The notes beneath the pieces were generated by a model. It had not been told where the DNA came from, did not search any database, and saw nothing but the letters and a program-made list of their open reading frames with translations. The translations under genes were made by a program, and so were the position numbers. From Dehalococcoidia bacterium (GTDB lineage: Bacteria > Chloroflexota > Dehalococcoidia > Bin125), in the NCBI GenBank assembly GCA_963663895.2, contig CAXXRD010000001.1, positions 512,001 through 576,000 of the forward strand: a stretch of 64,000 nucleotides of DNA, written 5' to 3'. Shown piece after piece: positions 35,550 to 45,168 of the stretch; the stretch's first letter is position 1; each line of letters starts with the position of its first letter.

Positions 35550-37086
35550 GGGATGTCACTTTACCGAATGCATCCTTGAGCGCCTTCACCAAGCCAGGGA
35601 TCGTATGCTCCTCGCTGACTACATCCACGCGCAAGCCTAACTCGCGCGCCCTGGCGGCCGTGACGGGACCGATACAGGCCACGAACGGCTGCTCCAGCAG
35701 CTCCGTTCTCCCGTCCAACAGCTCGACACACCCTTGCACCGTCGACGAAGCGGTAAAGGTCGCGATGTCGATCTCCCCCGCCTCGAGCCGCGCGATGACG
35801 GCCGAATCGGCCGTGGCAGGTCGACGCGCGACGTAGAACACCACATCGTCGACGGTCGCGCCACGGCGGCGGAGCCCCTGGGGGAGGACCGTTCGCGCTC
35901 CGTCAGCCCGAGCGAGCAGCATCCGCGCCCCTTCCAAGGGATGATCGGCGAGGGCCAAAAGCAACTCCTCGGCCACGTACCGGGCCGGCACCACGTCCGC
36001 ACGAATCCCCCGGCGGGCTAGCGCCCCGGCGGTCGCCTGGCCGATCGCGGCGACCTGGACACCGCCCAAGGCGCGGCTGTCATGTCCTGCCCGATCGAGC
36101 GCGGCGAACAGCTGATCAACGCCATTGGCGCTCGTGAGGATGGCCCAGTCGTAGCGGCCCGCGGCCAGATCGGCGACGGCGGCGGCCGTGGCGGCGCTGG
36201 GCCGTGCCTCAATCTCGATAGCGGGGAATTCGATCGGCTCGGCGCCTTCCCGGACGAGGCATCGCGCCATCTCGCTCACCTGCGTCCGTGTGCGGGTGAT
36301 GAGAACCCGCTTGCCGAAGAGGGGTCGTTGGTCGAACCAGCGCAGCTTCGCCCGTAACGAAACCACCTGCCCCACGATGAGGACGGCGGGGGCGGCGAGG
36401 CCCGCTGCATCGGCCGCGGCGGGGAGTCGTGCCAGGGGCGCTTCCACGACCCGCTGCTGCGGCGTGGTCCCGCGCTCCACGAGCGCGGCCGGCGTGTTGG
36501 CCGGGCGGCCGTGCTCGATCAGCCGCTCGCACACCGCAGCGAGCGTCCGCCTCGCCATGAGGCAAGCGATGGTGTCGGGCCCGCGCGCGATCGCTTCCCA
36601 ATCGATGGCGCTGTCGACCTTCAACGCATCTTCGTGGCCGGTGACGACCACGAAAGACGATGCGAGATCGCGATGGGTCACCGGAATCCCAGCATAGGCA
36701 GGCGCTGCAACCGCCGAGCCCACGCCGGGGACCACTTCAAAGGGAACTCCGGCTGCCGCCAGCGCTTCCGCCTCCTCGCCGCCGCGTCCGAAGACGAACG
36801 GATCGCCGCCTTTGAGGCGCACCACAGCCTTCCCGGCGCGGGCGCCGTCGATCAACGACCGTGCGATCTCGGCCTGCGGCATCGCCTGCGCGCCGGCTTC
36901 CTTGCCGACGAAAACGCGCTCCGCTTCGGGACGGACTTCCTGCAGCAGCGCGGGATTAATCAAGCGGTCGTAGACAACGAGATCGGCCCGGCGAAGCCGC
37001 TCCCGTCCCAGCAGCGTCAGCAAGCCCGGGTCGCCGGGACCGGCGCCGACGAGACTCACCAAGCCGGCCGCGTCGCCGCGCGTCAC
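35542..37086 (-). CDS. cobA: Uroporphyrinogen-III C-methyltransferase/uroporphyrinogen-III synthase fusion (CobA-HemD)
   Basis: [22 protein letters not shown]; then TSANGV, FTASSTV, CIGPVT. Confidence 0.93.
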   Translation of the reverse strand: MTRGDAAGLVSLVGAGPGDPGLLTLLGRERLRRADLVVYDRLINPALLQEVRPEAERVFVGKEAGAQAMPQAEIARSLIDGARAGKAVVRLKGGDPFVFGRGGEEAEALAAAGVPFEVVPGVGSAVAAPAYAGIPVTHRDLASSFVVVTGHEDALKVDSAIDWEAIARGPDTIACLMARRTLAAVCERLIEHGRPANTPAALVERGTTPQQRVVEAPLARLPAAADAAGLAAPAVLIVGQVVSLRAKLRWFDQRPLFGKRVLITRTRTQVSEMARCLVREGAEPIEFPAIEIEARPSAATAAAVADLAAGRYDWAILTSANGVDQLFAALDRAGHDSRALGGVQVAAIGQATAGALARRGIRADVVPARYVAEELLLALADHPLEGARMLLARADGARTVLPQGLRRRGATVDDVVFYVARRPATADSAVIARLEAGEIDIATFTASSTVQGCVELLDGRTELLEQPFVACIGPVTAARARELGLRVDVVSEEHTIPGLVKALKDAFGKVTSHA

Positions 37087-37997
37087 GAGACGCTCCGGCC
37101 GATCAGCTCGTGGACGCCCTGCTTCCGCAGCGCCGCCGCCAGCGCATGCCCTACCGCCTCCGGATCATCGGCGGGACCGGAGCGCTGCGCCGTAATCGTG
37201 CGCGCCGCGCGTTCGCCGTAGGCCGCGCCCACAACCGTCACCTCACCCGCGCGCACGTGACCCAAGGCCGCGACCGGCAGCGCGCAGCCCGCTCCCAGTG
37301 AAGCCAGCACCGCTCGCTCGGCCCGCACCGCCAGCGCAGTTGGCCGGTGATCGAGGGACTCCAGCTCCGCGATCGTCTCACGCTCGCCGCGCCGCGCCTG
37401 CAGCACAACCGCGCCCTGGCCCGGCGCGGGAAGCATGCGATCGATCGGCAAGTATTCGCTCACTACATCCAGGCGCCCGAGCCGAGCGAGACCGGCGGCT
37501 GCCAGCACAGTGCCATCGTAATCGCCGCGCTGGACCTTCTCGATACGGGTGTCGACGTTGCCCCGAATGTTCGGAGTCTCGACATCCTGGCGCAGGGAGC
37601 GGAGCTGGGCCGCGCGCCGCCGACTGCTCGTGCCAACGCGCGCGCCGGCCGGCAGCCCGGCCAATGACGATCCGCTGCGGCTGACCAGCACGTCGCGCAC
37701 ATCCGCGCGGGGCAGGTACGCCGCCAGCTCCGTTCCCTCCAGCGGTGCGATCCCCACATCCTTCGCGCTATGCACCGCCACATCGATCCGCCCATCGAGA
37801 AGCGCCTCCTCGATAGCGCGGGCGAAAACACCGGGACCAGCGATCGACGCCAGCCGCGCCTCGGGCTGCTGATCGCCCAGCGTGCGGCAGACGACGACTT
37901 CCACACGCACGCCGGCGGCCTCGATCGCTTGCACCGCCTCCTGCGTCTGCACGCGCGCCAGCCAGCTGCCGCGCGTGCCTACCCGCAGCGTTCGCAA
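37083..37997 (-). CDS. hemC: Hydroxymethylbilane synthase
   Basis: GTRGS, AVHSAKD, GTSSRRR, RGNVDTR, PAPGQG. Confidence 0.95.
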   Translation of the reverse strand: MRTLRVGTRGSWLARVQTQEAVQAIEAAGVRVEVVVCRTLGDQQPEARLASIAGPGVFARAIEEALLDGRIDVAVHSAKDVGIAPLEGTELAAYLPRADVRDVLVSRSGSSLAGLPAGARVGTSSRRRAAQLRSLRQDVETPNIRGNVDTRIEKVQRGDYDGTVLAAAGLARLGRLDVVSEYLPIDRMLPAPGQGAVVLQARRGERETIAELESLDHRPTALAVRAERAVLASLGAGCALPVAALGHVRAGEVTVVGAAYGERAARTITAQRSGPADDPEAVGHALAAALRKQGVHELIGRSVS

Positions 37998-37998
37998 G

Positions 37999-39237
37999 TC
38001 AGCGCTCCTCCAGCGCGAACAGCCGCCGAACGGCAGCCGCGTCCACATCGTCCTCTTTCAACGCCTGGATCGGCTCGTGCAGCAGCTTTTTCACGATCGC
38101 GGCGGTCATCTTCTCAAGCTTGGCAGTGGAAGCGTCGTCGAGCGCAAGCTCGCGGACCGTGCGTTCCGTCTCCGCCCGGCGGATCGCCTCCGCTCGGTCG
38201 AGCAAGGCGGTAATCGCCGGCACCGCTCTCCGCGACTCGACCCAGCTGGTGAACTGCTCCGCAGCGGCCGACACGAGGCACTGCGCATGGGCCGCCGCCT
38301 GTTCGCGCAGCCGCAGGTTCGCCTCCGAAATCGTCTGCAGATCATCGATGTCGAACAGTCCCACGCCCGGCAGTGCCCGGACCACCGGGTCGACATCCCG
38401 CGGGACCGCGACGTCAAGAATCGTGATGGAGGATTCACGGATCGCAAGCACCTCTTGCAGGCGTGCGCGATCGAGAAGGAAGCCCTCCGCCGCGCTGGAG
38501 GTAATCACGACATCCGCCTGCACAAGCGCACTGGTCAGATCCGCAAACGGGACCGCCGCGCCCTGCAGCTCCAGCGCAAGCCTCTCCGCCCGCCGAGCCG
38601 TGCGGCCCGTGACGGCCACATCGTGGACCCCCGCGTCGCGCAGCGCCCGGGCCGCGAGCTTGCCCGCTTCCCCCGCACCCACCACAAGCGCACGCTTGCC
38701 GTGCAACGAGCCGATCCGCTCGCGGGCGAGATCAACGGCCGCGCTACTCACGGATACCGCAAATCGCGCGATGTCCGTCTCATGCCGGCAGCGCTTGCCC
38801 ACCTCCAGCGCCGCATGAAAGAGCCGCGCCAGTACGGGATCCAGGGATCCGGCGCGAGACGCACCCTGCAATCCCCGCCGAACCTGGCCCAGGATCTGCC
38901 CTTCACCCAGGATCATGGAATCAATCCCGGCTGCCACGCGGAACAGATGCGCGGCCGCGTCGTGCTCCCGCAGCTCATAGAAACTGGGGAGCAGCTCGCT
39001 GCCGTCGATCCCCTTCAAGCGCGAGAGGTGAGCGACCAGATCGCTCGGACGGTCACTCGCATCGTGGCTATTGACGTACAGCTCCACGCGATTGCACGTC
39101 GAGAGCACCGCTCCGTTGCCGAACCGGTCGCGGAGCGACTGCAGCGCCAGTGGCGCCTCGCGATGGTTGAGCGCGAAACGCTCGCGCGCCTGCACGGAGG
39201 CTGTGCGATGGGAGACCCCCGCAGCCAGCAGCGTCAT
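37999..39237 (-). CDS. hemA: Glutamyl-tRNA reductase
   Basis: STCNRVE, GEGQILGQV, GAGEAG, DVAVPRD. Confidence 0.95.
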   Translation of the reverse strand: MTLLAAGVSHRTASVQARERFALNHREAPLALQSLRDRFGNGAVLSTCNRVELYVNSHDASDRPSDLVAHLSRLKGIDGSELLPSFYELREHDAAAHLFRVAAGIDSMILGEGQILGQVRRGLQGASRAGSLDPVLARLFHAALEVGKRCRHETDIARFAVSVSSAAVDLARERIGSLHGKRALVVGAGEAGKLAARALRDAGVHDVAVTGRTARRAERLALELQGAAVPFADLTSALVQADVVITSSAAEGFLLDRARLQEVLAIRESSITILDVAVPRDVDPVVRALPGVGLFDIDDLQTISEANLRLREQAAAHAQCLVSAAAEQFTSWVESRRAVPAITALLDRAEAIRRAETERTVRELALDDASTAKLEKMTAAIVKKLLHEPIQALKEDDVDAAAVRRLFALEER

Positions 39238-39935
39238 CGAACGGTGCTCCGCGCCGCGGGACGCGTCACCGCGAGAGCGGTAGGCAGCGGCTCCTGCGGC
39301 AGGATGGGCGCACCCAGGCGAGACAGCAACAAGGCCTTCGCTTGGCCCCAGCGCCGTTGCGCCAAGAGCGAACGGAGCCGTCCGTCAATGGCAGCCTGCC
39401 AAGTGTCCTGTGGAATTTGCAGCAGCACGCCGCGGCGCTTGAGTTCGGCGCGCACTTCAGCCAGGAGCTCCGCCAGCGCTTCGAAGTCCTCGGTGAAGTA
39501 GGCGTCCAGCTCCTCACGCACGCGCCGGGCCATCGCGGGGCTGCCTCCGCCCGTCGAGATCGCGATGGTGACCGGACCGCGTCGCACCACGGCGGGAAGA
39601 ATGAAGTCGCAGTTATCGGGATCGTCCGCCGCGTTGACCCACGCCCCGCGGGCACGCGACTCAGCACGGACTTGCGCATTGGCCGAGCGGTCGTCCGTCG
39701 CCACCATCACGATCGCGAAGCCCGTCGCGTCGTCCGAGCTATACGCGCGCGCCACGTGCTTGATCCGCCCCTCCGCCACCCACGCGGCCAGCGTCGGGTG
39801 CAACTCCGGACTGACGACGGTGACCTGCGCCTCGGCGGCCAAGAGACCCCGGACCTTCTGTAGCCCGATCTCGCCGCCGCCAACCACCAAGCATGGCTTG
39901 TTCTTCAGCTCCACAAAGATCGGGTAATAGACCAC
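39234..39935 (-). CDS. Precorrin-2 dehydrogenase/sirohydrochlorin ferrochelatase (SirC/CysG-N)
   Basis: YPIF, VVGGG, VNAADDP..CDF, ISTGGGSP. Confidence 0.9.
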   Translation of the reverse strand: MVYYPIFVELKNKPCLVVGGGEIGLQKVRGLLAAEAQVTVVSPELHPTLAAWVAEGRIKHVARAYSSDDATGFAIVMVATDDRSANAQVRAESRARGAWVNAADDPDNCDFILPAVVRRGPVTIAISTGGGSPAMARRVREELDAYFTEDFEALAELLAEVRAELKRRGVLLQIPQDTWQAAIDGRLRSLLAQRRWGQAKALLLSRLGAPILPQEPLPTALAVTRPAARSTVR

Positions 39936-39951
39936 GCGTCCCTCCCTCGGC

Positions 39952-40617
39952 TTAACCGTGTCGGCCAAGACCGGGGACGGACGTCCTGGCCGCCTCACGC
40001 TCGTAGGCTGCGGTAAGCGCCACCAAAATCTCGTCTTCAAGCCGCGAAACTCGCTCCCACACGCCTCCCGCAGCGCCAGCCGCCATGCCCTGCGTTTGGG
40101 CGTGGCGAGTCACCACCTCTGCCACGCCGGTGCGGAAATAAGAGAACGCGGCCACTGCCTCTGAAAGGCCCAACCCGGCCTCGCCCAGTAACCGTCCGTA
40201 ATCCGCGCCGACGCGGCTGGCCTCGGCGGTCAGGGCACCTTCGTCCGGCTCCGCTTCCGCGGCCCGGCTCACTAGCTCAACGGTATGGCGACCCAGATCA
40301 CCAAGGGCCCGTCGTGTCTGATCGGTGAGCCGCCCGAGCCAGGCCGGCGCACGTCCTTCATCCAAGCGAGCGCGGATGTGGCGGAGCGCCTCCCCATCGA
40401 TCTGAAACCCGTCACCGCCCGCTCCCCCCTCCGTCAACCGGCTCAACTCCCTCGCCGCGAAGCGGCGATGGCCACCCGGCGTCCGGAAGCTGCGGACCGT
40501 GCCGGCGTCCGCCCAGCGGCGCAGCGTGGACTCACTGACACCCAGGACACGACTGGCCTGCCCCAGAGTGAGCCAAGAGCTCAGCGCGCGCGCGGACCCG
40601 GATCCACTTTTGCTCAA
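39952..40617 (-). CDS. MerR/excisionase-type HTH protein with helical C-terminal domain
   Basis: LTLGQASRVLGVSESTLRRWADAG...TPGGHRRF. Confidence 0.85.
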   Translation of the reverse strand: MSKSGSGSARALSSWLTLGQASRVLGVSESTLRRWADAGTVRSFRTPGGHRRFAARELSRLTEGGAGGDGFQIDGEALRHIRARLDEGRAPAWLGRLTDQTRRALGDLGRHTVELVSRAAEAEPDEGALTAEASRVGADYGRLLGEAGLGLSEAVAAFSYFRTGVAEVVTRHAQTQGMAAGAAGGVWERVSRLEDEILVALTAAYEREAARTSVPGLGRHG

Positions 40618-40657
40618 AACTACTCAAATCTACCGAAAAATACGCGAATCTCTGGGA

Positions 40658-40686
40658 ATTCTAAGAGCGATACGGACAGCGGACAA
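40658..40686 (-). promoter_or_regulatory. Sigma70-type promoter TTGTCC-N17-TAGAAT for the hem operon
   Basis: Hexamers and 17-nt spacer read directly. Confidence 0.55.
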
Positions 40687-40691
40687 GGAAT

Positions 40692-40709
40692 TTGTGACGA
40701 AACTCACAG
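40692..40709. promoter_or_regulatory. Rex/CRP-type operator TTGTGA-N6-TCACAG
   Basis: TGTGA-CGAAAC-TCACA palindrome just upstream of the -35 element. Confidence 0.6.
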
Positions 40710-40719
40710 ATCGGAAAGG

Positions 40720-41217
40720 TTACGACGCCGAGCCGCCATCCGACCAGTGCTCACGTGCCAACGCCAACACGCGCGCGCTCTCGATAGCGGCGCGCGCCGC
40801 CTCTTCGCCCTTGTTCCCGGCAGTACCGCCCGCGCGCGCGAACGCCAGCTCGGTGGAGGGGGTGGCCAGCACCTCGAAGATGCAGGGCACGCCCGTATCC
40901 GTCGAGACCGCGGCGATCCCGCGGGCCGCTTGATCCGCCACCAACCGATAGTGGTCCGTCTCGCCCTGGATCACCGCGCCAAGACAGATCACCGCGTCGT
41001 AGCGCTCGCTCGCGGCGGCGGTGCGCGCAACCAGCGGAATCTCGAATGCGCCGGGAACCCAGAAAACATCAAGGGCGTCTTCACTGGCGCCGCGCTCGAC
41101 GAGAGTCCGCAGAGCGCCTTCCAACAAGCGCTTGCCAATGACCTCATTGAAGCGAGACACCACCAGTGCGAAGCGCAAACCGGTGGCATCGTCGCCGCCC
41201 TCGAAGACCCGCGCCAT
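40720..41217 (-). CDS. ribH: 6,7-dimethyl-8-ribityllumazine synthase
   Basis: SRFN, VPGAFEIP, GETDH, GNKG. Confidence 0.95.
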   Translation of the reverse strand: MARVFEGGDDATGLRFALVVSRFNEVIGKRLLEGALRTLVERGASEDALDVFWVPGAFEIPLVARTAAASERYDAVICLGAVIQGETDHYRLVADQAARGIAAVSTDTGVPCIFEVLATPSTELAFARAGGTAGNKGEEAARAAIESARVLALAREHWSDGGSAS

Positions 41218-41225
41218 GCGGTCAG

Positions 41226-42635
41226 CTAGCCGGAACGGGCGCGCGGCTTGCGCGCGCTGCGCTTCTTCGTCGCCGCCGTCTTCGGCGAGGATGCCCGCTT
41301 CGCTCGACGCTTCTGGCCCGCCTGCGCCGCCGGAAGCGCGTCCGACGGCGGGGCAGTGCCCTCTCCGGGACCAGCGTCGAGCAGATGGCCCATCTTCTCG
41401 CGCTTCGTCGCCAGATAGCGCTCGTTGTAGGGATTGGGCTCGGTTGCGAGCGCGACTCGCTCCACAACTTCCAGGCCATAGCCGCTCAGGCCCGCTCGTT
41501 TGGCGGGGTTATTCGTGAGCAAGCGGATCTTCGATATCCCGAGGTCGCGCAGGATCTGCATGCCGATCCCGTAGTCGCGCATGTCGACGGGCAGGCCGAG
41601 CGCCAGATTCGCCTCCACGGTGTCGAGTCCGCCGTCTTGCAGAGCGTACGCCCGCAGCTTGTTGTGGAGCCCGATCCCCCGTCCTTCCTGCCGCATGTAG
41701 ACGAATGCCCCCCTGCCTTCCTCGGCGATGCATTGAAGCGCGGACATCATCTGCTCTCCACAATCGCAGCGCAGGGAATGAAACACATCGCCCGTCACGC
41801 ACTGTGAGTGCACGCGGACCAGCGCCGGCTCGGCGAGGGAGAGGTCGCCCATCACGAGCGCGACATGCTCATCCACCTTCCCTTTGACCCGATACCCCAC
41901 CACGCGGAACTCCCCGAATTGGGTAGGAAGGGTGGCGTCCGTGATCCGCTCGACCAGCTTCTCAGTCTGGAAACGGTGCTTAATGATCTGCTCGATGCTG
42001 ATCATCTTGAGACGGTGGCGCCTCGCGAAGCGAACCAGATCCGGAAGGCGCGCCATCGTCCCGTCCGACTTCATGATCTCGCAGATCACCGCACCGGGCT
42101 CGAGTCCGGCCAGCTTGCAGAGGTCGACGCTGCCTTCCGTCTGTCCAGCCCGGACCAAGACGCCGCCATCGTTGGCGCGCAGCGGGAACATGTGCCCCGG
42201 CGCCGTGAGGTCTCGGGGCTTGGTGTCCGGAGACATCAGAACGTGCACGGTGCGCGCGCGGTCGGCGGCCGAGATACCGGTACTTACCCCGTTCCGCGCC
42301 TCCACGGACACGGTAAAAGCGGTCCCGAACGGCGCGTCATTGCGGTCTTCCCCAACCATCAGCGGCAAGCCCAGGTGGTCCAAGCGCTCGCCCGTCATCG
42401 TGATGCAGATCAACCCACGACCGTACTTGGCCATGAAGTTGATCGCCGCCGGCGTCACGTACTGGGCGGGGATGCAAAGGTCCCCCTCATTCTCCCGCTC
42501 TTCATCATCCGTGATGATGACGAAGTGTCCCTGCTGGAACTCCTGAATGGCCTCTTCGACCGTCGCAAATGGATTGCCGCGGCGGGAGCCAGTGCGACTG
42601 GGTCTCTTGCGTTTCCCGGCTTTCGCCGCCGCCAT
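41226..42635 (-). CDS. ribBA: Bifunctional DHBP synthase/GTP cyclohydrolase II
   Basis: RENEGD, PGHMFPL, RVHSQC, RCDCG, QEGRGIG. Confidence 0.95.
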   Translation of the reverse strand: MAAAKAGKRKRPSRTGSRRGNPFATVEEAIQEFQQGHFVIITDDEERENEGDLCIPAQYVTPAAINFMAKYGRGLICITMTGERLDHLGLPLMVGEDRNDAPFGTAFTVSVEARNGVSTGISAADRARTVHVLMSPDTKPRDLTAPGHMFPLRANDGGVLVRAGQTEGSVDLCKLAGLEPGAVICEIMKSDGTMARLPDLVRFARRHRLKMISIEQIIKHRFQTEKLVERITDATLPTQFGEFRVVGYRVKGKVDEHVALVMGDLSLAEPALVRVHSQCVTGDVFHSLRCDCGEQMMSALQCIAEEGRGAFVYMRQEGRGIGLHNKLRAYALQDGGLDTVEANLALGLPVDMRDYGIGMQILRDLGISKIRLLTNNPAKRAGLSGYGLEVVERVALATEPNPYNERYLATKREKMGHLLDAGPGEGTAPPSDALPAAQAGQKRRAKRASSPKTAATKKRSARKPRARSG

Positions 42636-42651
42636 GGCTTGCTGGCGCTCC

Positions 42652-43248
42652 CTACGAAAGCCGACCGAGGCCCCGCTCTTCGAGCCACTGACCTACGTAA
42701 CGCGCGATGATGTCCGTCTCCAGATTCACCCGCGCTCCCCGCGCACGCTGCGTGAGGTTCGTGTGCTCTTGAGTATATTGCACGAGCGAAACGGAGAACG
42801 TCGCATCCGTCTTGGCCATGACGGTCAGGCTGGCCCCGTCCACGCACACAGGCCCTTTCATCACAATGTAGGAGAGTAGCTCGCGCGGCGCCGCATACGT
42901 CGCGATCAGCGCCTCGCCTTCAGGCCGTAGGTCTTCAAGCGTGCCCGTTCCTTCGACCACCCCGCGCACGATGTGGCCGCTGAGACGGTCCGTAGGCCGG
43001 AGAGAACGTTCGAGATTCACCCGCGATCCGACAACGAGATCGGCCAGGTTACTGCGACGGTAGGTCTCCGGCATCACGTTGGCGAAGAAGAGGCCATCGT
43101 GCAGTTCCGCCACTGTCAGATCCACGCCGTTGACCGCAATGCTGTCACCGGCTTGGGCGTCCTCCACAATACGCGGCGCTTCGACACACAGGACGCCCTG
43201 ATCCGAGTTCGTGACCGTTCCTACCTCCTCAATGATCCCGGTGAACAC
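42652..43248 (-). CDS. ribE: Riboflavin synthase
   Basis: FTGIIE N-terminus, GDSIAVNG, VNLE twice. Confidence 0.95.
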   Translation of the reverse strand: MFTGIIEEVGTVTNSDQGVLCVEAPRIVEDAQAGDSIAVNGVDLTVAELHDGLFFANVMPETYRRSNLADLVVGSRVNLERSLRPTDRLSGHIVRGVVEGTGTLEDLRPEGEALIATYAAPRELLSYIVMKGPVCVDGASLTVMAKTDATFSVSLVQYTQEHTNLTQRARGARVNLETDIIARYVGQWLEERGLGRLS

Positions 43249-43256
43249 ATCGTCCC

Positions 43257-44882
43257 TCAATCCGGCGCGCGCGCGGCGAGGGTACCCGCCGGCCGCAAGT
43301 CCTTGATCAACAGCACGCGTTCGTCAGCAGCGCGACGGTAGTACCGGTAGCCGCGCCGCGCCCATTCCCGCCGAGATTCACCGTCGTCGCGCTCCACGTC
43401 AGCCGCTAGCCAGTCGAACCCCCGGCCCGCTGCGGAGGCTTCCGCCGCTTCGATGAGACGGTCCTCCAACTCGAATGCGCAGCCTTCGCCCATCAGCAAC
43501 GGGTCCAAGAAGGCCTTCCCTTCCGCTTGATTCGAACCGGATCGCTCGTACGCCACCCCCAAGCAGCCCAGGACGCGGTCTTTTTCTTCAAGAGCGAGCC
43601 ACACGTTGCCCGCATCGCGCTGGAGACGTTCGAACGCTTGCCGCACGGCCGCCTGTGCAGCGACGGGCCGGGTATCCCCTTCCGCCAGCTCCAGGCAGCA
43701 CTCAAGGTCCGCGAGGCCAGCGGGCCGCAACGCAACCGACTCCCACAACCGTGGACATCGTGGGTAGCCGCTGACGAGCAGGTCCGGCCCTAGCCGTTCC
43801 ACCGACACCTCTCGCAGCCGCAGCGCCTCGGCCATACGCGCCGCGCCGCGGCCGCCCACCGCGCCAGCGCCGTCACCACCGATGATCATGGGCGCCACGA
43901 CCGCCGCGACCTTGTCGACCAGTCCGAGATCAAAGAGGGCGCCGTGCACGGTTCCTCCGCCCTCGACCAGCAGCGTCACAACGCCGAAGCGCTGTGCGAG
44001 CAGTTGCAGCGCGGGCGCCAGCGCAACGCGGCCTTCGTCCGAGGTCACGCGCTCGACGGTCGCGCCCGTGGCCTCTATCCGCTCTTGCCATTCTTGAGAG
44101 GCAGCGCTCGTCGTAAGAACAAGCGTGTCCGCGACGTCCTGCCGCCGCAGAACGCGGGCCGCGGGTGAGATGCGGCCGCGGCTGTCCAGCACGACGCGGA
44201 GCGGCTGATGCGTCGCTGCGGTCGCATGGTCGGGCCGCGCGGTGAGCTCCGGATCGTCGACAACCACGGTGGACACCCCCACCAGGATTGCGTCGATCTG
44301 GGCGCGCAGCGCGTGTGCCCAAGCGCGCGTTTCCGGCGAGCTGATCCAGCGCGAGTCACCATTGGTCGCGGCGATCTTGCCATCGAGACTCGCCGCAAAC
44401 TTCACCGTCACGAAAGGGCGTCCCGCCCGGCGATGATGTGCATAGGCTTCATAGTGCCGCCGCGCCACCCCGGCGCCGTCACCCACCTCAACCCCGACTC
44501 CCGCCTCGCGCAGCTGCTCAATGCCACGGCCATCGACACGCGGATCAGGGTCTCGGATCGCCACGACAACGCGCTCGATCCCCGCCGACAGGATCGCATC
44601 GGTGCAAGGCGGCGTGCGGCCTTGCATTGAGCAGGGCTCAAGCGTCACGTACAGCGTGCTGCCGCGCGCGGCATCGTCCGCGCATTCGAGCGCGACGACC
44701 TCCGCATGAGCGCCGCCGGGGGGGCAAGTCGCACCCTCGCCTATCACGGCGCCGTCTCGCACGAGCACCGCCCCCACGGTGGGGTTTGGACTCACCATCC
44801 CCACCACCGAGCGCGCTAGCTCAAAAGCGCGCTGCATTGGCGCTGAGATCCGACCATCGGCGGGAGTTGGCCGCGTTGTCAT
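43257..44882 (-). CDS. ribD: Riboflavin deaminase/reductase RibD with C-terminal GNAT-like extension
   Basis: HAE, EPC..TPPC, SLDGKIA, VEGGG; extra ~170 aa after the reductase domain. Confidence 0.9.
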   Translation of the reverse strand: MTTRPTPADGRISAPMQRAFELARSVVGMVSPNPTVGAVLVRDGAVIGEGATCPPGGAHAEVVALECADDAARGSTLYVTLEPCSMQGRTPPCTDAILSAGIERVVVAIRDPDPRVDGRGIEQLREAGVGVEVGDGAGVARRHYEAYAHHRRAGRPFVTVKFAASLDGKIAATNGDSRWISSPETRAWAHALRAQIDAILVGVSTVVVDDPELTARPDHATAATHQPLRVVLDSRGRISPAARVLRRQDVADTLVLTTSAASQEWQERIEATGATVERVTSDEGRVALAPALQLLAQRFGVVTLLVEGGGTVHGALFDLGLVDKVAAVVAPMIIGGDGAGAVGGRGAARMAEALRLREVSVERLGPDLLVSGYPRCPRLWESVALRPAGLADLECCLELAEGDTRPVAAQAAVRQAFERLQRDAGNVWLALEEKDRVLGCLGVAYERSGSNQAEGKAFLDPLLMGEGCAFELEDRLIEAAEASAAGRGFDWLAADVERDDGESRREWARRGYRYYRRAADERVLLIKDLRPAGTLAARAPD

Positions 44883-45168
44883 CGGGTCATCGGCGGTCGA
44901 TCATCGCTATCGTCCCCAACGGCACTCACCGGCACAGCCGAGGCAAGCGCCGATCGCCCCGGTCAATGCGACGACGATACGCCGAGAGGCCAGTGCCCCC
45001 GTCAGCTCTCGGCCGGACAGCAACGCGCTCCCCCTCCATCGCTCTCGATCGCAGCCGGGCATCCTTCGCCGTGCTACATCGCATCGCTATCGCGTTATTG
45101 TCGCATGCGCGGTGATCTCATCGCCGCGCCGGATGGAACAGGATAACTGCGAAGACGCGTGCGGCGAG

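Noticed and set aside
44883-45168. FMN riboswitch upstream of the rib operon
   Set aside because: RFN conserved motifs were not found by eye
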